From an uncultured Geobacteraceae bacterium (GTDB lineage: Bacteria; Desulfobacterota; Desulfuromonadia; Geobacterales; Pseudopelobacteraceae): DNA of 64,000 nt. The DNA lies in contig CAYVYW010000007.1 in NCBI GenBank assembly GCA_964456065.1, positions 14,042 to 78,041 on the forward strand. Direction: 5' to 3'. How positions within the stretch are numbered: position 1 is the stretch's first letter; the number at the start of each line of letters is the position of its first letter. Positions 1-10,414 of this stretch are shown one piece after another. The notes below the pieces were generated by a model, which saw nothing but the letters and a program-made list of their open reading frames with translations, had not been told where the DNA came from and made no database searches. Both the position numbers and the translations under genes were made by a program.

Positions 1-2626
1 CCTTGAGGGGTATAATCAGCGGTACAGCTTCGGTCATTTCACGGATTATGACAGCGCAGACCCGTTCTTGTTCTTCCTGTGGCGCCTCAAAAACAAGTTC
101 GTCATGAACCTGCATGACCAGCCTTGTCGCAAAGCCTCCTTGACGAAGTGCCCGATCAACGCCAAGCATGGCCTGTTTTATAATATCGGCAGCCGATCCT
201 TGAATTGGATAGTTAATGGCATTTCGTTCCGCATAGGCCCTTAGATTGCCGTTGGTACTGTTTATGTCGGTAATGGGAAGACGTCTGCCCAGCATGGTAG
301 TGACGGCTCCGGTTTCACAGGCCTGTTGAATGCAGCGGTCTAAAAAGGCCATGGCCCCATGATGTCGTTCTTTATAGGTTGCAATGAAACGTTCAGCTAC
401 GGGACGTGCAATACCAAGTTGCTTCGCCAGGGAAAATGCCCCTTGACCATAGATGACCCCGAAGTTGATTGCTTTGGCCTGGCGTCGCATTTCAGGTGTT
501 ACCATTTCCGGGAAGAGGCCGAATATTTCAGCGGCTGTCCTGGTATGGATATCCTGATCCTCATTGAAGGCCTCACAGAAGACCTGGTCTTTGGAGAGGT
601 GGGCCAAAACCCTTAGCTCAATCTGAGAATAGTCCGCAGCAATGATGCAGAATCCAGGAGGGGCAATAAAGGCTTCTCTGATGCGCCGTCCTTCTTCTGT
701 CCTGATCGGTATATTCTGAAGATTTGGGTCGGAGGAGGAAAGGCGTCCGGTTGCCGTGACGGCTTGGTTGTAACTGGTATGAACACGGTCGTTGCTATCA
801 GCAAGTTTAGGGAGTGCATCACTGTAGGTTGATTTCAGTTTAGCAAGACTACGGTAGGCCAGAATTTGCTGCGCTATCTGGTGGTCTTGGGCTAAGCTGG
901 TGAGAACTTCGTTATCGGTGGAACGTCCTGTTTTTCCTTTAGTTTTTTTTGAAGCAGTGAGGCCGAGTCGATCAAAAAGAATCTCTTCAAGTTGGCGAGG
1001 TGAGTTAAGATTGAATGGTCCTCCTGCGAGATGATAGACCTCCCCTTCCCGGGCCTGCATCTGCTCGCCAAAATCACTGGAGAGACGGGTAAGCAGTGCT
1101 CTATCCAGTAAAACGCCATGCATCTCCATGGCAGTGAGAATCTCCATGAGTGGCATTTCAAGCTCGTAGAGCAGGGCAGCCATTCCTGAGGCCTCGAGAC
1201 GCTCACGTAATGCATGGTAAAGGAGCCACGTCACATCTGCATCCTCGGCGGCATAGCGGGTCGCCAGTGGTAAGGCCACTTCACTAAAGCAGATCCGATT
1301 CTTCCCCGTCCCTGTGACGTCATCATAACTCAGCATGCGGTGATTAAAGTATTCCTGTGCCATGGCATCGAGCCCATGACCACCGCGGGAGGGGGCAAGT
1401 AGGTAAGAGCAAAGCATGGTATCAAAATGGCAGCCGTGCACGGTGTAGCCGGCGGTGGCTAGAACTTGCAGGTCGAACTTAAGATTTTGGCCCACTTTTT
1501 TTATGCTTGAATCGGCAAAGAGCGGCCCTATGTGCTCTTTTACCAAGTTGGCCGAGAGTTGTTCGGGAACACCTAAATAGCGATGATTGAGGGGAATGTA
1601 CCAGGCTTCATGGTCACGGCATGAAAAAGAGATGCCAACAAGCTCAGCCGTGCGAGGATCCAGGCCGGTTGTTTCGGTGTCAAAGGCAAAGCTGCCGGAT
1701 GCTTTGAGGTTTTTAGCCAGGTGCGTCAGGGTTGCTATGTCAGTGACGCAATGATACTGCTCATGGGAGAGCGTTGCCTGGGCTGTCAGTTCCTTGATAA
1801 GGCTGCCAAAACCATACTCAGTTAAAAGTTGATGCAGTGTTTCACGGTCTGGTTCAGCTGTCGCAAAGGGGATCTCGTCAACATGAAAGGCAAGGTCGCA
1901 GCGGATAGTGGCCAGAAGTCTCGAAAGACGTGCTTGTTCCGCAAATTCCCGCAGACGCTCACCTGTTTTTCCAGGAACCTGCTCGGCCGACGCCAAAAGC
2001 TGATCAAGGGAGCCGAACTGCTGAATGAGCTTTATGGCGGTTTTCTCACCAATACCGGGAACCCCGGGTATATTATCAGAGCTGTCTCCAGCCAGACCGA
2101 GGATGTCAACCACTAGGGAAGGGGGGACACCGAAGCGTTCGATGACCTCTTTGACTCCAGAGCGGGTATTTTTCATGGTGTCAAGCAGAGTGGTGTGTTG
2201 GCTGACAATCTGCATCAAATCCTTATCACCGGTTACCACGACGACATCACCACCGCGTTGTTCCCATTCACGGGCAAGGGTGCCTATGATATCATCAGCC
2301 TCGAATCCCTCGCGGTCAATAACTGGAATATTGAACGCCTTAATCATGGTACGAATGGGGGGGATTTGAACCCGTAAGTCTTCAGGCATCTCACTGCGGT
2401 TTGCCTTGTAGGCTGGATATAGTTCAGTACGGAAGGTAATGCGGCTAACATCGAAGATAACCGCTATATGGCTCGGGTCGTGCTCTTGAAGGAGGCGTAA
2501 AAGCATCTGGGTGAAGCCATAGAGGGCATTCGTTGGAAAGCCACTAGGGGAAGACAGGCGTTTGATGGCAAAGTAGGCACGGTAGAGATAGGATGAACCA
2601 TCAACAAGGTAAAGCGTGTCAGCCAT
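1..2626 (-). CDS. polA: DNA polymerase I (3' end of gene runs off the window start; about 20 C-terminal aa missing)
   Basis: Absent from the ORF track because it is open at the window edge. My minus-strand translation from ATG at 2626-2624 gives MADTLYLVDGSSYLYRAYFA... (5'-nuclease), ...FDTETTGLD... (exo domain) and ...DYSQIELRVLAHLS...QVHDELVFE... (family A polymerase motifs). Confidence 0.95.
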   Translation of the reverse strand, partial: MADTLYLVDGSSYLYRAYFAIKRLSSPSGFPTNALYGFTQMLLRLLQEHDPSHIAVIFDVSRITFRTELYPAYKANRSEMPEDLRVQIPPIRTMIKAFNIPVIDREGFEADDIIGTLAREWEQRGGDVVVVTGDKDLMQIVSQHTTLLDTMKNTRSGVKEVIERFGVPPSLVVDILGLAGDSSDNIPGVPGIGEKTAIKLIQQFGSLDQLLASAEQVPGKTGERLREFAEQARLSRLLATIRCDLAFHVDEIPFATAEPDRETLHQLLTEYGFGSLIKELTAQATLSHEQYHCVTDIATLTHLAKNLKASGSFAFDTETTGLDPRTAELVGISFSCRDHEAWYIPLNHRYLGVPEQLSANLVKEHIGPLFADSSIKKVGQNLKFDLQVLATAGYTVHGCHFDTMLCSYLLAPSRGGHGLDAMAQEYFNHRMLSYDDVTGTGKNRICFSEVALPLATRYAAEDADVTWLLYHALRERLEASGMAALLYELEMPLMEILTAMEMHGVLLDRALLTRLSSDFGEQMQAREGEVYHLAGGPFNLNSPRQLEEILFDRLGLTASKKTKGKTGRSTDNEVLTSLAQDHQIAQQILAYRSLAKLKSTYSDALPKLADSNDRVHTSYNQAVTATGRLSSSDPNLQNIPIRTEEGRRIREAFIAPPGFCIIAADYSQIELRVLAHLSKDQVFCEAFNEDQDIHTRTAAEIFGLFPEMVTPEMRRQAKAINFGVIYGQGAFSLAKQLGIARPVAERFIATYKERHHGAMAFLDRCIQQACETGAVTTMLGRRLPITDINSTNGNLRAYAERNAINYPIQGSAADIIKQAMLGVDRALRQGGFATRLVMQVHDELVFEAPQEEQERVCAVIIREMTEAVPLIIPLK

Positions 2627-2671
2627 GATTACTCCGCACAGCAGATAGGCATATGTGCCAGGTAGGGTTTG

Positions 2672-2950
2672 TTAGGCTTTCGGGTCTTTTTCAACGGGTT
2701 GCTTCGGGGCTGCAGCACCTTCTTCGGCTTTCTCTGCGGCCTCCTGCTTAATGCGGCGATGATTTGCTACGACATCATCCGTGTCTTTGGTTTCCGTTTG
2801 CATATTCCGTTGAAAATCATCGGTGGCTTTTTTGAATTCAGCGAGGCCTTTGCCCAGAGATCTTGCAATCTCAGGGAGCTTATTGGGCCCGATTACAATC
2901 AAAGCGATAACAAGTATGACGATTAGTTCTGGCATGCCAATACCAAACAT
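2672..2950 (-). CDS. tatA: Twin-arginine translocase subunit TatA/E
   Basis: [42 protein letters not shown] is the canonical TatA TM plus amphipathic helix. I moved the start to the internal MFGIG Met instead of the track start at 2980. Confidence 0.85.
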   Translation of the reverse strand: MFGIGMPELIVILVIALIVIGPNKLPEIARSLGKGLAEFKKATDDFQRNMQTETKDTDDVVANHRRIKQEAAEKAEEGAAAPKQPVEKDPKA

Positions 2951-3109
2951 GGCTGACTCCTTGCAAGATGGTAGATGCATTTAAGCCATCTTTGGCGTGG
3001 CTTGGCAACAAAAAAATGTGTCATACTCATGCCTTCTCTGCGAGCATAGTACTGGACAGCATGCACAAAAAAGGTGCATAAGTGATTAAAAAATAGGCAT
3101 GGAGCCGTT

Positions 3110-4078
3110 GTGAATCTTGTCAGACCATTATCAATAGCAGGGTTACACCTGCCCCATAATCTTATCCTTGCTCCCTTGGCGGGCATTACAAACCATGTCT
3201 TTCGCTGTCTTTGCCGTGAGCAGGGAGCAGCATTCGCTTTCACCGAGATGGTAAGTGTAAACGGCATGATTCGTGAAGGAGAAAAGTCATGGCGATTACT
3301 CGCACGTGGCGATGCAGACCGTCCCCTTGGTGTTCAGCTCTTTGGTGAAAACCCTTATATCCTCGCTGAAGCTGCCAAAATGGTGGGAGAAACGGTCGAG
3401 TTGATTGATATTAATATGGGGTGTCCTGTCCGTAAAGTTGTTGGTAGTGGCGCCGGGAGTGCTCTTTTACAAGATCCTAGCAAGGTTGCCGCGGTCGTGC
3501 GGGCAGTGCGGGCTGCAACGAAGCTGCCTTTGACCATTAAAATTAGAAGTGGCTGGCAGACCGATGAACCAGTCTGGTCAACAATAGGGCATATAGCAGA
3601 AGAAGAGGGTTGCAATGCCATCACCCTCCACCCCCGTAGTCGCGCCCAGATGTTTGATGGGCAGTCTGATTGGAATCAGATTAGGCTGCTCAAGCAGCAA
3701 TGCCGTATCCCTGTTATCGGTAGCGGTGATCTTTTTACGCCTGAAGATTGTAGAAACATGCTGGAAAAAACCGGTTGTGACGGAGTTATGATAGCTCGAG
3801 GTACCTTGGGAAATCCCTGGATTTTTCGACAGACTCTGGATCTTATAGAAACCGGTACGGTACATGAAATTACGGCTGCTGACCGCGTGGCCATGGCTTT
3901 ACGCCATCTACAGCTTTTTACTGATGAAGCCGGTGAACAGGTTGCGGTGCGGGAAATGAAAAAACATGTTGCCTGGTATATCCATGGGGTAGCCGGTGCA
4001 GCAGCACTGAGGCGGGATGCCAATCGTGCAGCCACAACACAGGAGTTGGCAGGCTGCATACAACGGATGGAGCATTAA
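3110..4078 (+). CDS. dusB: tRNA-dihydrouridine synthase (DusB/NifR3 family)
   Basis: LILAPLAGITNHVFRCLCREQGA...EMVS, DINMGCP and ITLHPRS are Dus family motifs. GTG start. It is followed by an NtrB/NtrC-like pair, as in nifR3-ntrB-ntrC operons. Confidence 0.9.
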   Translation: MNLVRPLSIAGLHLPHNLILAPLAGITNHVFRCLCREQGAAFAFTEMVSVNGMIREGEKSWRLLARGDADRPLGVQLFGENPYILAEAAKMVGETVELIDINMGCPVRKVVGSGAGSALLQDPSKVAAVVRAVRAATKLPLTIKIRSGWQTDEPVWSTIGHIAEEEGCNAITLHPRSRAQMFDGQSDWNQIRLLKQQCRIPVIGSGDLFTPEDCRNMLEKTGCDGVMIARGTLGNPWIFRQTLDLIETGTVHEITAADRVAMALRHLQLFTDEAGEQVAVREMKKHVAWYIHGVAGAAALRRDANRAATTQELAGCIQRMEH

Positions 4079-4087
4079 TCGATACCC

Positions 4088-5191
4088 ATGCATGCAGATG
4101 ATTTGAGCGGATATGCACGTAACGTGCTTGATAGCGTCGGAGACGGCGTTATTGTTGTCAATGCAGAGGGTATCATTACGCTTATGAACCCTGCGGCAGA
4201 GGAGATGACTGGTCGCTCATACAGCCAAGTTGCTCTGCATGCATTTAGTTCGGTTTTTGAAGCTGAAACACTTTTGGTAGAAATGGTGGCACGCACAGCT
4301 AAAACCGGTGTGTCGCTCTCTGACCAGGAAAATATTGTCTTGAATGCCCTCGGCCGGCTTTTCCCGGTTAATGCAACAACCTTTCCCCTCGTTAAACCAA
4401 GTGGTGAATCCATCGGGGTCATTTTGACGCTGCGTGACCTGAGTTCCATTCGGGAGCTTGAGGCTGCCGTTCGGCAGTCTGACCGTTTATCAACCCTAGG
4501 CACGCTTGCTGCCGGCCTAGCCCATGAGGTGAAAAATCCCTTGGGTGGCATTAAAGGCGCTGCCCAGCTCTTAGAGCGTGAACTGCCTCCCGACAGTGAA
4601 CTTCGTGAATATACACGCGTGATGCTCAAAGAGAGCGACCGTATTGATAAAATAATCAGGCAGCTTCTTGACTTTTCGTCACCACGCCGTCCACGCAGTC
4701 AATCCGTCAATCTTCATATGGTGCTGGGGGATATCATCCTGTTACAGCGGGAGGCTGCTTCTAGCCAGGATGTCTACGTCAGCTCTATTTTTGACCCGAG
4801 TATTCCGCCGATTCTTGGTGATGAAGCATTATTGACACAACTTTTTTTGAATCTGGTGCGTAATGCTCTTGAGGCAATGCCTGAGGGGGGCAAACTTACG
4901 ATTACCAGCCGAGTTGATGCTGAATATCTTCTGGCAAGGGATGAGGGGAAATCCCGCATGGTGGCAGTTGAAATTCGAGACACCGGTGTTGGTATGTCCC
5001 CAGATGATTTGACCAAAGTCGGGACCCCCTTTTTTACAACAAAAATGTACGGTACGGGCCTTGGGTTGGCAATCTGTCAAAAAATTGTTGCTGAACACCG
5101 GGGACTGCTGAAAATACGATCAAAAGTAGGTTCAGGTACGACGATACGCGTCTTACTACCACTGGTCAATGCACCGCTGACAAGGGAGTAG
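4088..5191 (+). CDS. Soluble PAS-domain sensor histidine kinase, NtrB-like
   Basis: N-terminal PAS (GVIVVNAEGIITLMNPAAEEMTG), H-box LAAGLAHEVKNPLGGI and HATPase_c N/G boxes (LVRNALEAM, DTGVGM, GTGLGLAI). No TM segment. Confidence 0.85.
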   Translation: MHADDLSGYARNVLDSVGDGVIVVNAEGIITLMNPAAEEMTGRSYSQVALHAFSSVFEAETLLVEMVARTAKTGVSLSDQENIVLNALGRLFPVNATTFPLVKPSGESIGVILTLRDLSSIRELEAAVRQSDRLSTLGTLAAGLAHEVKNPLGGIKGAAQLLERELPPDSELREYTRVMLKESDRIDKIIRQLLDFSSPRRPRSQSVNLHMVLGDIILLQREAASSQDVYVSSIFDPSIPPILGDEALLTQLFLNLVRNALEAMPEGGKLTITSRVDAEYLLARDEGKSRMVAVEIRDTGVGMSPDDLTKVGTPFFTTKMYGTGLGLAICQKIVAEHRGLLKIRSKVGSGTTIRVLLPLVNAPLTRE

Positions 5192-5196
5192 TATCT

Positions 5197-6639
5197 ATGG
5201 GACTCAAACGGATTCTGATAGCTGATGATGAAGAGAGCATGCGCTGGGTTTTATCGAAAGCTTTACGTAAAAAAGGCTTTCAAGTGGACCTTGCTGCTGA
5301 TGGTGGGCAGGCCCTGCGCCAGATTCAAGAACAGTCTTATGACCTTGCAATTGTAGACATCAAGATGCCCGTTATGAACGGCTTGGTGCTACTTGAAAAA
5401 GCAAGGGAAATACGTCCCGATATGTTGGTGGTAGTCATGACTGCCGAGTCCAGCATGAAAAATGCTGTTGAGGCAATGAAGCGTGGTGCCTATGATTATA
5501 TCACCAAGCCATTTGACCTTGATGTGATTGATGCGATTATGGAGAAGGTCAGTCGTGTCCTGGAGGTTACGAACCAGGTTTCTCTATTGAAGCAGGAGTT
5601 GAAAGACCGTTACAAGGTCGAGAAGAATATCATTGGTAATTCATCCCAAATGCGGGACCTATATAAAACAATCGGTAAAGTTGCCGGTAGTGATGTAACG
5701 GTTTTAATTCAAGGTGAGTCGGGAACAGGAAAAGAGCTGGTGGCGCGAGCGATCCACTTTAACTCGCCCCGTCTTGGCAAACCATTTGTTGCCATCAACT
5801 GCGCTGCCATACCGAAGGACCTTTTGGAAAGTGAGTTGTTTGGTAGTGAACGCGGGTCATTTACGGGTTCGACTGAGCGTAAATCAGGTAAATTTGAGCA
5901 GGCCAACCAAGGGACCATATTTCTTGATGAAATTGGAGACATGCCCTTAGAGCTCCAGGCAAAAATTCTCCGGGTTCTTCAAGAACAAGAAGTCACCAGA
6001 ATTGGCGGTACAGCAAGTAACCAGGTTGATGTACGGGTTGTGGCAGCTACCAACCAAGATCTAACGGAACGAGTGAGAAACGGGGAGTTCCGAGAGGATC
6101 TCTATTATCGCCTCAATGTTGTGCCGGTCAAACTGCCACCGCTCCGTGAACGTCAGGAAGATATCCCGCTGCTTTTAGAATATTTCCTCGAGCGGGCCTG
6201 CGCGGAACTTGAAATCCCCGTTAAGCAGTGTTCGCCTGAGGCAATGGAGATGCTGCTGACCCACAGTTGGCCCGGTAACGTGCGGGAATTGGAGAACATG
6301 GTCAAGCGGGCGGTGATTCTTTCCAACGACACCATCCTTACGCCGGCCGATTTCAGTGGGCTGAGTGACCGCAGTGACATTATCCATGCTGATCCCCTTG
6401 ATCAGTCTCTGGAGTCACTCGTTGAAGCGAAGCTCAGAAGCTCCATGATTGGTATTGAGAAGTTGGACAAGGGCGACATTCACGAGCGCGTCCTTGAGCA
6501 GGTTGAGAGGCCACTGATACGCTTTATGTTAGAGAAAACTAGGGGGAATCAGGTCCGTGCAGCTGACCTGTTGGGTATCAACCGCAACACACTTCGTAAA
6601 AAAATTCAGGAACTCGGCATCGTTATCAAAAAAGACTGA
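5197..6639 (+). CDS. NtrC-family response regulator (receiver + AAA+ sigma-54 activator domain + Fis-type HTH)
   Basis: Receiver (ILIADDEESMR...DLAIVDIKMP), Walker A GESGTGKE, RVVAATN and a C-terminal GNQVRAADLLGINRNTLRKKI HTH. The GAFTGA loop reads GSFTGS. Confidence 0.9.
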   Translation: MGLKRILIADDEESMRWVLSKALRKKGFQVDLAADGGQALRQIQEQSYDLAIVDIKMPVMNGLVLLEKAREIRPDMLVVVMTAESSMKNAVEAMKRGAYDYITKPFDLDVIDAIMEKVSRVLEVTNQVSLLKQELKDRYKVEKNIIGNSSQMRDLYKTIGKVAGSDVTVLIQGESGTGKELVARAIHFNSPRLGKPFVAINCAAIPKDLLESELFGSERGSFTGSTERKSGKFEQANQGTIFLDEIGDMPLELQAKILRVLQEQEVTRIGGTASNQVDVRVVAATNQDLTERVRNGEFREDLYYRLNVVPVKLPPLRERQEDIPLLLEYFLERACAELEIPVKQCSPEAMEMLLTHSWPGNVRELENMVKRAVILSNDTILTPADFSGLSDRSDIIHADPLDQSLESLVEAKLRSSMIGIEKLDKGDIHERVLEQVERPLIRFMLEKTRGNQVRAADLLGINRNTLRKKIQELGIVIKKD

Positions 6640-6642
6640 CTC

Positions 6643-7263
6643 CTAGAGGTGGTCAAGAACCTGACAGTGATGAGTGATGGTTGTCACCCCGGGGAACATG
6701 CTTTTGTAGGCCAAAAAGGGTACTGACGCAGCGGTGGCAGCCTGCAGGTCTACGGCACTGTCCCCGATAAACAATGCCTGTTCCGGGGCAATACCGTAGT
6801 GCTCAAGTACACGATGGAGCGGTTCTGGGTCTGGCTTTGGCCTACTGACTTTACTCGCGGTCATGACACAGCTGAAAAAACCTTCCAACCCAAAATCCTC
6901 AATAATCATTTCCATCGACGCCGCACGGTTCGTGCAAATAGCAAGTTCAACCCGGCCTTGTAACTGTTGCAAAGCCTCCAGAAGTCCTTCTTCGCGACGC
7001 ATATACGGCATAAGCTCACGATAGCGTATGGTTTTTCCCAAGACGAGCGCCTGTTCTTTTTGGGGGTCTCCCCCAAAAAAATACTCTATAACGTCCTGAT
7101 AGGAATAGGTATGCAGGACATTTTCTGCTTCTTTACACAAACGGTTGATGGGAGGGCGTCCAAGGCCAGCCATAATCCGATTGTAGAAAATGTAGTTTGA
7201 CTCGATGGAATCTAATATGACACCGTCGCAATCGTAGATAACAACGGCATACTGTTTGTTCAT
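6643..7263 (-). CDS. HAD-superfamily hydrolase (phosphoglycolate phosphatase-like)
   Basis: MNKQYAVVIYDCDGVILDS (DxDG motif I) and FIGDSAVDLQAA (motif IV). I chose the start at 7263, which abuts the HNH gene stop, instead of the track start at 7308. Confidence 0.8.
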   Translation of the reverse strand: MNKQYAVVIYDCDGVILDSIESNYIFYNRIMAGLGRPPINRLCKEAENVLHTYSYQDVIEYFFGGDPQKEQALVLGKTIRYRELMPYMRREEGLLEALQQLQGRVELAICTNRAASMEMIIEDFGLEGFFSCVMTASKVSRPKPDPEPLHRVLEHYGIAPEQALFIGDSAVDLQAATAASVPFLAYKSMFPGVTTITHHCQVLDHL

Positions 7264-7265
7264 GA

Positions 7266-7568
7266 TCACTCCTGAGGTCTGTTCAGACTGGCAAGATATT
7301 CTTCCCACTCCATTGGAAGCAGATACTTTTTCTTGTTGTTACATTCTTTGCAGCAGGGAACGACATTATTACGGCTTGACTTTCCCCCACGGAATATAGG
7401 GACAATATGATCCATGGTAAGATCCTCAGGGGCGAAATGATTGCCGCACCAGTGACAGACCCCCTGTGCAAGACGCGTGTGCCACCATCGGGATTTACGG
7501 AGTTCCCGTGCTTTTTCACGTTCTTTTTTTATTTCGGCCTCTGGCACGCTGTCGATAAAAAAATCCAT
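7266..7568 (-). CDS. Small HNH endonuclease
   Basis: CHWCG...MDHIVPIFRGGKSSRNNVVPCCKECNNKK is an HNH/zinc-finger nuclease signature. It lies 11 nt downstream of the mutS2 stop. Confidence 0.8.
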   Translation of the reverse strand: MDFFIDSVPEAEIKKEREKARELRKSRWWHTRLAQGVCHWCGNHFAPEDLTMDHIVPIFRGGKSSRNNVVPCCKECNNKKKYLLPMEWEEYLASLNRPQE

Positions 7569-7579
7569 GCGACCCTCGT

Positions 7580-9952
7580 TTAGGAAAGACTGACCACGGT
7601 CGCCCCGTTGCGCCCTTCATGGGGTTCTCCGGTTCTAAAGCGAATAACATTGGGGTGGCGTTCCAGTGCCTCTCGAACCGCCTGCCTGAGTGCGCCACTA
7701 CCAACGCCGTGGATAATGCGTACTTCACGTATGCCTGCCAATACAGCATGATCCAAAAAGCGCTCCAGTTGGTCAAGGGCACTATCCACCCTCTGGCCAA
7801 TCAGGTTGAGCTGGTCAGCCATGTTCTCCTCCTCAATGCGTGGACCACGCAGTTGCGGTGGGGATGGCTTGCGCCTGGACTGCCCTGGCATGCTTGCCAG
7901 TCCATCAAGAGGAACCTCAATCTCCAAGGAGCCAGCTCTGACCCGTACTTTGTGTCGCTGTTGATCAATTGCGATGACCTGCGCTTCACGTGCCAGAGAG
8001 CGTACCATGACGGTACTGCCAATCGAGAGGTCGCTTAGTGACGGAATTACCATGTCGGCTGGTGCTGCAGCCTGTTCAAGGGCTTTGGCAGCACTCTCAA
8101 AATGGCTGATAGATTCTTTGCGGCGGTCTTGCCGATACTGCTCTACCAACTGCCCTAACTCACGCCTCACGGCTGCAACCTGTGCTCTGACTTCTGCGTT
8201 AGCCCGTTCTTTGAGCGTTTTTTTCTGCTGTTCAAGCTCATTTCGTTGGATGTCGAGTTCTGTTTTTGTTTGGGCAGCCGCACGTCTTAATGATGCGGCC
8301 TCCGTAACCTCATGTTCGAGTTCCGCCCGGCGCCGGTTTAATTCCTCCATGACGCCGGCAAATGCGGAGCCTGCACTCCCGAGTAAAACCTTGGCCCGGC
8401 TGAGCACCTCTTCAGGCAAACCATAGCGCCGTGCGGTCTCAAGGGCGTGGGATTGTCCAGGCTCCCCCATAATCAGACGATATCGAGGTGTCCAGGTTTC
8501 ACGGTCAAACTCCATGCCGGCATTTTGCATGCCTACTGCCTGTTGAACAAAACCGACAATCTCCGTCAAGTGGGTTGTTGCAAGAACCATTGCTCCTGCC
8601 TGTTGTAAGGCCTCCAATACAGCAGAACCGATGGCGGCACCCTGCAGCGGTTCAGTACCGGTACCAAGCTCATCAAGGAGTACGAGGGTTGCCGGTCCGG
8701 CCTGTTTTAGAATTGTGGTGGTCGCAGCGACATGGGCGGAAAAAGTTGAAAGTTGTTGTTGTATCGACTGCTCATCCCCGATGTCCACCAAAAGGTTCTC
8801 GAGCAACGGTATGGTACTGCGGTCGGAGGCGGGAAGCAGCATGCCGCTTAAAGCCATCAGTGTTAAGAGCCCGACCGTTTTGAGGGCAATTGTTTTGCCA
8901 CCGGCATTAGGACCACTAATCGTAACAATCTGGGGTGCTTTCCCCTGATGGGGAGCCGGGGCTAAGGCTAGGGTCAGTGGGACAACGGTTGTCATTGCCT
9001 GTTTGTCAGGAGCAAGCGCCATGAGCAGTGGGTGCCGCGCATCAATCAGGGACAGCTGTCCGTCATAACTAATGCTGGGGCGCTGCATACCGTAATGACT
9101 GGCATGCCAGGCAAGGCAGTGTAAACGGTCTAACTCAAGCAGGGTGGCAAAGGACTGCTCTATCAACTGAGCATCATCACGGATCCAGCCTGAAAGTTGT
9201 CGCATAATGCGGATTTCTTCCGTTTTTTCTTCGGCAGCGAGATTCTCAAGCTCATTTACAAAGGGGATAATCTCTAGCGGCTCCATGAAAGCGGTTTCAC
9301 CGGAGGAGGAAACGTCATGAACAACACCGGGAACCATCCCTTTGGCATCCATTCGTACCGGGATGACCCACCGTCCGGAACGGATGGTTATGAAGTCGTC
9401 CTGGAGGAAAAGTGCGGTCTCGTGGCGTCGTACAATCTCTTCCATTTTTTTACGAACGCGGGACATCAGGCTGCGCTTGGCGCTTCGGATGGTGGCCAGT
9501 TCACGTGAGGCGGTATCGAGAATTTGACCTTCTGGTCCAAAGGTGGCCATCAGGGGTTCGAGGATATCAGCAAAGGAACTCGGAAAGGGCTCCAGTGTTT
9601 TTAGGGCAGGAATATCCTCTCGGGGTGTGAGTTGCCGTGCAAGGTCACCAAGCGATCCAAGGACCGGTATAAACTGCATCAGCTGGATTGCGGAAAGAAC
9701 CGCTCCACAAGGTTTCAGCTCTGCAAGGTGTGGCCTAATATCGTCAAAGGGGCTGATGCGGAGATGGCACTGCTGTTGGTAGAGTGATCGTAACTCTTCC
9801 GTACGATCCCACTCTCGGGTGATGAGGTGAGCATCAAAGAGTGGCCGCATTGCGGCTATGCGCTCCCGCGTTGCATCGCTATGGGCTTTACTCGCGACTT
9901 CTGCCAAGATGGTGGTGAACTCAAGGCGCGTGAGTGTCTGGTCAGGAATCAT
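7580..9952 (-). CDS. mutS2: Endonuclease MutS2 (MutS ATPase + C-terminal Smr domain)
   Basis: Walker [24 protein letters not shown], a coiled-coil region and a C-terminal Smr ([42 protein letters not shown]). Start set at MIPDQTL (9952). The 59-aa track extension to 10129 lies inside the upstream gene. Confidence 0.9.
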   Translation of the reverse strand: MIPDQTLTRLEFTTILAEVASKAHSDATRERIAAMRPLFDAHLITREWDRTEELRSLYQQQCHLRISPFDDIRPHLAELKPCGAVLSAIQLMQFIPVLGSLGDLARQLTPREDIPALKTLEPFPSSFADILEPLMATFGPEGQILDTASRELATIRSAKRSLMSRVRKKMEEIVRRHETALFLQDDFITIRSGRWVIPVRMDAKGMVPGVVHDVSSSGETAFMEPLEIIPFVNELENLAAEEKTEEIRIMRQLSGWIRDDAQLIEQSFATLLELDRLHCLAWHASHYGMQRPSISYDGQLSLIDARHPLLMALAPDKQAMTTVVPLTLALAPAPHQGKAPQIVTISGPNAGGKTIALKTVGLLTLMALSGMLLPASDRSTIPLLENLLVDIGDEQSIQQQLSTFSAHVAATTTILKQAGPATLVLLDELGTGTEPLQGAAIGSAVLEALQQAGAMVLATTHLTEIVGFVQQAVGMQNAGMEFDRETWTPRYRLIMGEPGQSHALETARRYGLPEEVLSRAKVLLGSAGSAFAGVMEELNRRRAELEHEVTEAASLRRAAAQTKTELDIQRNELEQQKKTLKERANAEVRAQVAAVRRELGQLVEQYRQDRRKESISHFESAAKALEQAAAPADMVIPSLSDLSIGSTVMVRSLAREAQVIAIDQQRHKVRVRAGSLEIEVPLDGLASMPGQSRRKPSPPQLRGPRIEEENMADQLNLIGQRVDSALDQLERFLDHAVLAGIREVRIIHGVGSGALRQAVREALERHPNVIRFRTGEPHEGRNGATVVSLS

Positions 9953-10322
9953 GGGGCTCCGTCGACTGGCGTGTAGCGCGTGAACGTCTACTGCGGCGCA
10001 GTTTTTGTTTTCGTTGTTTGTCCTGCTTGCTCTGGCGAGCAGGCTGGAGGCCGGCAGCAACAGCCAGTTGCTCCAAAAGTTCTCTGCGGGCAAGAAAGCG
10101 ATTTGCTGACTGACTTCGCTCTCTGTCAACTCGAACCACGCGACCCGATGGTAGATGTTTTAGCTGTACGGCTGTACTTGTTTTGTTAACATGCTGTCCA
10201 CCTGGCCCCGATGACCGGATAAACTGTTCCTCAAAATCACGCTCGCTGACGCCGAGCTCCTGCATCCGTTGACGCAACCATAGGTTTTTCTGTTCACTAA
10301 CGGCAAACATTGGTGGCTGCAT
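9942..10322 (-). CDS. ArfB-like peptidyl-tRNA hydrolase (class I release-factor GGQ domain with basic tail)
   Basis: [21 protein letters not shown] motif and a Lys/Arg-rich C-terminal tail [17 protein letters not shown]. The stop overlaps the mutS2 start by 11 nt. The start (10322 or 10310) is uncertain. Confidence 0.75.
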   Translation of the reverse strand: MQPPMFAVSEQKNLWLRQRMQELGVSERDFEEQFIRSSGPGGQHVNKTSTAVQLKHLPSGRVVRVDRERSQSANRFLARRELLEQLAVAAGLQPARQSKQDKQRKQKLRRSRRSRATRQSTEPHDS

Positions 10323-10414
10323 ATTGCTCCTTATACTATCGCATTCCGTACTGTACTGCAAAAGGTCACGATGTGCAAACCCCACAGCGGTTGCCCTGTA
10401 AGTACGGGCATGCT

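Noticed and set aside
4075-4629. Long antisense ORFs inside well-supported genes. Examples: 4075-4629, 29401-29913, 45211-45762, 53266-53796, 60233-60772, 63208-63726 and 43984-44436.
   Set aside because: These are shadow ORFs opposite genes with clear family motifs. They have low-complexity or Arg/Ser/Pro-rich composition and no recognisable domains.
7580-10129. Track-reported long N-terminal extensions. Examples: mutS2 to 10129, GT2 from 35722, GT2 from 41271, GT4 from 36860, ybeY to 54830, thiC to 25129 and gabD to 13094.
   Set aside because: The extensions overlap the preceding well-supported gene and lack family-conserved sequence. Internal starts give N-termini matching family consensus and typical short overlaps.
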